Shown here piece after piece: positions 58,106 through 64,000 of a stretch of DNA of 64,000 nt. Below the pieces are notes generated by a model. The model saw nothing but the letters and a program-made list of their open reading frames with translations. It was not told where the DNA came from and searched no databases. The translations under genes were made by a program, and so were the position numbers. The first letter of the stretch is position 1; every line of letters starts with the position of its first letter. This DNA comes from Octopus sinensis (taxonomy: Eukaryota): assembly GCF_006345805.1 (NCBI RefSeq), contig NC_043015.1, positions 9,052,001 through 9,116,000 on the forward strand, given 5' to 3'.

Positions 58106-58999
58106 AGATTAAATGAAACTAAAAAATACGGAAATGAAAAGATAAAAACTGAATTTATATTTGCAACTGTATAAATTTGAACCTGATTCGATTGATGATA
58201 GCGATGCCAACATAAGAGACATTAACATTAAAAGCATAATAATCAGCTATTACGTATAGAATTACTAAAACTAGCTATAATTTGTAAAGCCAAAATATGT
58301 AAAGATGAAGGATACTTATAATTAAATCTTGTTGGTAAGTGGCTATAGATATAATCAATAAGTTTGCGACATGTTGTCAGTTTTCCCGGTATTAGTGGAA
58401 AATTAAGCACACTATATCATTTATTGGAGAGCATCTCATATTATTTTGTCCCTTATAATTGGGCAGCCACCTTTTGATAGGCTTGCAAGAATCTAATTTA
58501 CAGAATGTGTATCACTCAAAACGGAATCCAATTTTCGGTTAATTAGATGCATCTGTAAATTTTTACAGATATTTATCTAGCAGCTCCTACTTGAAAGACT
58601 CTTCATTTACATACCCAGCAGTAAAATCTACGACAAGCACATTTTTCAATACTATAATACACAATTTACGCCTAGATAGAGGTGAAAATTCAATAAGACT
58701 TTTCAAAGTGAAAAGTCTCCCAAATTGTCACAGTTACTCTGGAGTCTCCATTAGCACAGCAACACTTCAAAGAACATCAAACGATGTATATGTAAAAGAG
58801 CCGCATCTCACTGACCCGTGTTTCGCTATTGAGAGGTCCTCTTCACAGAAAAGCTGCCTACGCTCAAACAACTAACAATATCTACCATTCTAACATTTAA
58901 AAGACTGACGTTTCATGTTCTCTTCATATTAGATACTAATTCTAATGTAATATTGAAGATCTAACCCCAGCAAACTCCATATTCCTTTTGTGACATACA

Positions 59000-61900
59000 T
59001 GTTGTTATACACGATTACTAATCCGACTACTGTATTTGACAGATACTTCAGATACTACAACACCCAAGGCATTAGAATCCTATGTCTTCATGGCATTTAA
59101 CTGTGGCTGCTAAGATGGTAATTCACCAACATCGCCAACGTTGACCATGGGACGTTAAGCTATTTCCCAAGACATATATCCTCAAATAGCGAAAAGGCTG
59201 ATTTAGCAAACACCACTATTTTCTCGATATTTGACATCAAAATCTCTGAAGTGTTAGATACGATGTTGCCGAGTTCCTATGCAGTTTCAAATCAGATATA
59301 TCAAAGGAAAAATGCTAGAGAAAGAAAAATGATTATGGGAGTTTCAATTCCTTGGAGAAGAGGAAGTAATGACCGTCTTATGGTTTTATGAAACCTTAGA
59401 AAATGTGTAACACTAGGTGTCTTTACACATGCTGCTAATATTCGATATACCAATATTAGGGGACTAAATTTTCCGTCAACACATTTTTTCTCTTAGGAGA
59501 TTCTAATGCTCATAGTCGATAAGATTACCTACCTTGGCCCAAAATTATTGGTAAGCATGGTATAGGGAAAATGAACACAAACGGATCCCTGCTACTATAA
59601 TTGTGTAGTGAATTTGGAGTTTTTACCAACACACATTTTCTCTCATCCAGTTCCAGCAAAATAAGTTGGTATTCTAAATCAGGTCATGGTTATTTGAATA
59701 GCTACTCAACTGTCTGAACCCTACATAGAAATGATGTCAAACTAGCACGTTCTTTTCATAACACAAATCTCGGTCTGAATATGTTATAAATGAAAAATAT
59801 ACCAAATACGGTCATAGAACAAATGGCAAACTAATTATTCTCAAACCCGATATTTCAAAGCCAAAAATAGATAACAATAAGAACATCCTTGCCCAAAATG
59901 TTGGTGAAAATCTACAAAATGTTAGAATCAACGAAAATATACAAGAATCACAATTGTCAATTTAGAGTTACTGTCAATGAGTCATCCATTTTGGGTTTTC
60001 TTCTTGTAAAACCAATATCATGAAAATAAGATTATAAGCAAACAATTGTAGGTAATTTACATATTTCACAAAGAATGGTTTTCAAATAAGAACTCTGCTA
60101 GAATCAGAAATTCTATCCGAATTAAATTCCGAAAAATGAAGTAAAATTGTTCAAAGCAAACGGCTGAATCTGCCAGAATCAGCAGAGAAATCCTAATGTG
60201 TTACTCAAAATTTGAAGCGAATATTTCATCCGAATAAAGAATGTTGCTTTTCTGTTTTTGTGTTATTTTTCTCTAATTGTATCTCCTCACACACCGTTTT
60301 GATGTGTTCAAACGTTGGGCAGAACATTTTAAAGATTGTACATGAACGGAAACAAATTAAGTCCTAAACGCAAACATTAATATCTTCCAAAGAGTAGTAA
60401 TTGATTCTTTCCCCCGCTGGATCTATGTTTCGATGTATCGAATATATATATAAAACAATTGATAAGTGTAAAAACAGCAAGGAATTAAAGTGTTCATGAA
60501 GATGTCTTTAAATGTAGTCTTAATCCTCTGATCGGTAAATTCACAATTGTGTGTTAAAGAATATAAAGAAAGAATGGTAGTCGTAAGACAAGTGGATGGA
60601 CACATATTATAAACAACAAATGGAATTATTCTTGGCTAAATTATTTGCCTGAATATACCAAATAGCAATAGTCCCGAAACAATATAATGATGCATTGTTT
60701 GTACCTCTATAAGCATCAAGGTAATATGTGTGAATATGATAATCATCGTGCAATATCGACGCTTGCTATTGCAGAAAGCATCCTCTATATTGCCATTTTA
60801 TGCAGAATTATCATTAACTTAGTCGGTAGTCTCTATCCATAATATCAATGTGGGTTCCAATCATGTCAGCGGTTAGATGATACAGCATTCAATTTACAAA
60901 ATGTTCGGGAGATTGTCCGGGAGCACAATACAGATTAAGTTGTAGTAGGCGTTGAAAAATCTTTAACTGTACGCTAGCAGGGTTTCAGGAAAGCTCAAGT
61001 TTCTTCAGCGAATGCTAAATGTCATAATGCCCCAATACAAATATATGAAAGAAATTGTTCTCGCACATGGAAGTCGCCTTAGCCTTTTGCTGTTAAGAAA
61101 TTGTACAAAACAAGATTTGTAATTTCGCAACACGAATATTTACTGTGTGTTCGCAGTAATGCTCTAACGTACCTTTTTAAAATATAGATGGTGTGTTTCT
61201 TGAATATAAGATAACGGCTGGCAACTTTACCCAACAATATTTCAAAGCAATGACTATAGTTACTTATCAAACAATATGAGATTTAGTGTTTGCAGATGCT
61301 TGCATCCTAGTTGCTCATACACTCAAGGATATCCAACATATTGACAATTTTGTTGCCAAAGCCATATCTTTTGGCTTAAGTATTAACATAAAAAAAGGCT
61401 CAACTACTGTTTCAGCTATATCCTGATAACAATCCAGGAATTATGCCCAGATTATTTGTTGAAGACACACATTTGAAAGCAGTTAGAGATTTGCTACATT
61501 TCAATCCTACAGCAACAGGTGATGCTACACGATATATAAGGAGGTATAAATTCGCATTGGAAAGGACAGTAACATTTCTAGGAAGCTGTATGGTAGTTTT
61601 TGGAATGCTCAGGATGTCTCAGTAAGAACAAAAGTAGACGGACATACTTAAAACTCCGAAGGCATATAAATGATGGTCGAATCCCAGAACAAATATGTTA
61701 CGTGCAGCTTGAAAATTCACGAGTCAATGTAGGACGTCTATTTCTATGATACACAGTGAAATTAAAAAGTTACTTGAAACGCCTGAACATTAGGAAAAAA
61801 AGCTTTGAAAATATTGCAAGCAAACCTGCGAACTGTGGGAGTTGCTATTTCCAGCTTCAAAAGATTGAGACTCGGTTATGGGAAATAGAAGAATATACCA
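59000..61900 (+). mobile_element. Decayed, internally deleted RTE (BovB-like) LINE
   Basis: APE remnant LGDSNA...WPKIIGKHGIGKMNTNGSLLL (~59495-59600). RT N-terminal VPKQYNDALFVPLYKHQGN..YDNHRAISTLAIA (~60670-60780). C-terminal DGRIPEQICY..LE...VGR (~61670-61740). Confidence 0.8.
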
Positions 61901-61947
61901 GCAATGACCATTAGGAATACACGAGTATTGTCCACTACACAAATAAA

Positions 61948-61986
61948 CTAGCACTGCCCACGTGACCTCGCTACGCCAGGTCACGT
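61948..61986 (-). mobile_element. Helitron 3' terminus (hairpin + CTAG); 5' end not located
   Basis: 9-bp stem ACGTGACCT/AGGTCACGT (61960-61986), followed on the minus strand after 8 nt by CTAG (61948-61951) and then T. Confidence 0.6.
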
Positions 61987-63609
61987 TCTGGCTTATAAGT
62001 CAAACACGTAGGCGTTGTCATCCAAATGATATAACATTTTGAGTTCGTAATTATGTCTTTGAATCAAATGGTGGCTAAAAGAATGAGGCGTGGCGTGGCG
62101 TTAAAATAAATGAATTGGAAATAAAAGTAATAATAATGTCAACGTATAATTTGTTGTCAGTATGTCAGTATTTTGTTTCTGCTTTAACTGCTATAAAATG
62201 ATTTCTAGTTGTATCATACTGTTATCTTATTGAACAGTCATACGTCGTCTTCGACAGGAGAATGCAAATGATATATACGTGAGAACGTGTAAGTGTGTGT
62301 GATTAAATGTATGCATTGAAGTTGTTTATGTATTTTTATTTAATGTACGCCACGTACGACTTTGCAGATTTCATGGAAATCAAGCAACCAGTGAATTTCC
62401 ATTAACATAGAAATTACGAAAATGTTCAACTGCTCTAAAACTTAATTTGGCTTGACAGGCAATTTATTAAATAGGCATTCTCATATCAAAATAAATCCGC
62501 TGATATACAAAACTTTCTTAATGGATATTTAATTGACAGAACAATGTTTTATTTTAATTTGTATATAAAATGTTACCAGCGAACAATACTGTGCAAAATT
62601 TCTCTGTGAATCACATTCAACGTCATATATTCGATATTTAAAATTTGAGATAAAATTCATCTTCATATTTCATGAATCGAAAGAAATGCATATCAGTAAA
62701 ACGTTGCAGTTTGGCAAAAACATTTGGAATGACGTACAAAATGTCAATTTGTTATTGAGTAACTGATAAAATAAATGGTGGATATTAATATATGTCCATT
62801 TATTTCACACTAACTATTGTTATACAAACTCAAATGGTTTGTCATTGTTCATGTGGACTGGTCTTCCGAATATTCCAAGCGTAGATGTTAGTTAACAATG
62901 TTTAAGATTTGAATATTAAAACTACACACATGTCAAGAAGAATGAAAGAGAACTGCAATACAATACTGAAATATAACTAGTTTTTAATTCCAAGACGATA
63001 TATATATTCCAAGATGATACTGTGAATAGGATTGCATTAAGGAAATTTACTCAATATTGTTTACCAAAAACTATCTTGATTATACAAAGTACACAAAGTA
63101 ATTTATGGTTTGATGACGTATATATGCAATGATTATTGATAGAATGCAAAATGGCAAATTTTGTTTTACGATATTTTGTTTTACAGATATGAATGTCGAT
63201 TGCTTTGGAAATGACTGCAATACGCAATGCCGGACGTTTCTAAGTGAAACACAGAAAAGAGAAAATTTTCCAATGAATTATTTACTAGAAACTAGTTCAA
63301 GTGATAAGCCTTTAAAAAAAACTCAACTCCAATTTCTTCGAACAGAATCTTATCCGCCAAGGATGGGATTTGTGAAATATATATTATTGAAACTACAAGA
63401 TTATATGAAACCGTAACATAAAACATATGCTTCATAAAAACGAATACTTCATTGTGCAAAATTGTCGGAAAGTCTGATAGACGTATCCACCACGAAAGGA
63501 TCAAAGATAAAGTTGATCTGCGTGTAATTTAAACAGAAAACGCAAAGGTAGGCAAGATACCATTAGACATTTTCCCTTCAATCTCTTATATATATATATA
63601 TATATACAT

Positions 63610-63749
63610 ATATACGTCGGACGTCTTTCAATTTCCGTCTACCAAATCCACTTACAAGGCGTTGGTCGGCCCGAGGCTATAGTAGAAGACACTGAGCCCG
63701 GAACCATGTAGTTATTAAGCAAGCTACTTACCACACACCCACTCGTGCG

Positions 63750-63752
<3 letters not shown>
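63610..63752 (-). mobile_element. tRNA-derived SINE fragment (family as 45357)
   Basis: TTTCAATTTCCGTCTACCAAATCCACTTACAAGGC...CCGAGGCTATAGTAGAAGACAC is the reverse complement of the family body. Confidence 0.8.
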
Positions 63753-63787
<35 letters not shown>

Positions 63788-64000
63788 AGATAATGGTGTG
63801 ATTGAGACCCGAAGGTGTCAGGTATTGCTGAATAAGTGGTATAGAGAGACCATTATTAAGTTCTAGATTCGATAATAATGCGAATAAAAGGTTCAGGTTT
63901 GGTTCTATGTCAGCGTGTGTATATAAGATCTGTTTGCGTAATGAGAGAAAAAGACAAGGCTGTACAGATATTATAGTATTTATAGCTAGAATTCTTCCAT

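Overview
AT-rich eukaryotic genomic DNA dominated by microsatellites and transposons. The SINE/LINE complement and repeat style suggest a cephalopod, probably Octopus (inference from recognised repeat families, no search run). I can support no intact host protein-coding gene, rRNA, tRNA or CRISPR array, and most listed ORFs are translations of (TA)n, (AAT)n or (AGAT)n tracts. Retroelements: a near full-length Penelope-like element (PLE, Neptune-type; 46081-50808, minus strand) with RT, GIY-YIG, pseudo-LTRs (pLTRs) and an inverted 5' pLTR; a head-to-head 880-bp non-coding mini-PLE (51013-51892); a young 5'-truncated Tx1/L1 LINE with TSD; and decayed RTE, R4/Dong, HERO and PLE remnants. DNA elements: pogo-like and hAT-like remnants, non-autonomous Helitrons, and a 723-bp foldback element with telomere-like repeats. 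Many tRNA-derived SINEs are present. The most notable items are hammerhead ribozymes: a minimal type I motif with a compensatory U3-A8 core in the Neptune pLTR, and canonical motifs in the mini-PLE. A (TA)n-centred inverted duplication also stands out.
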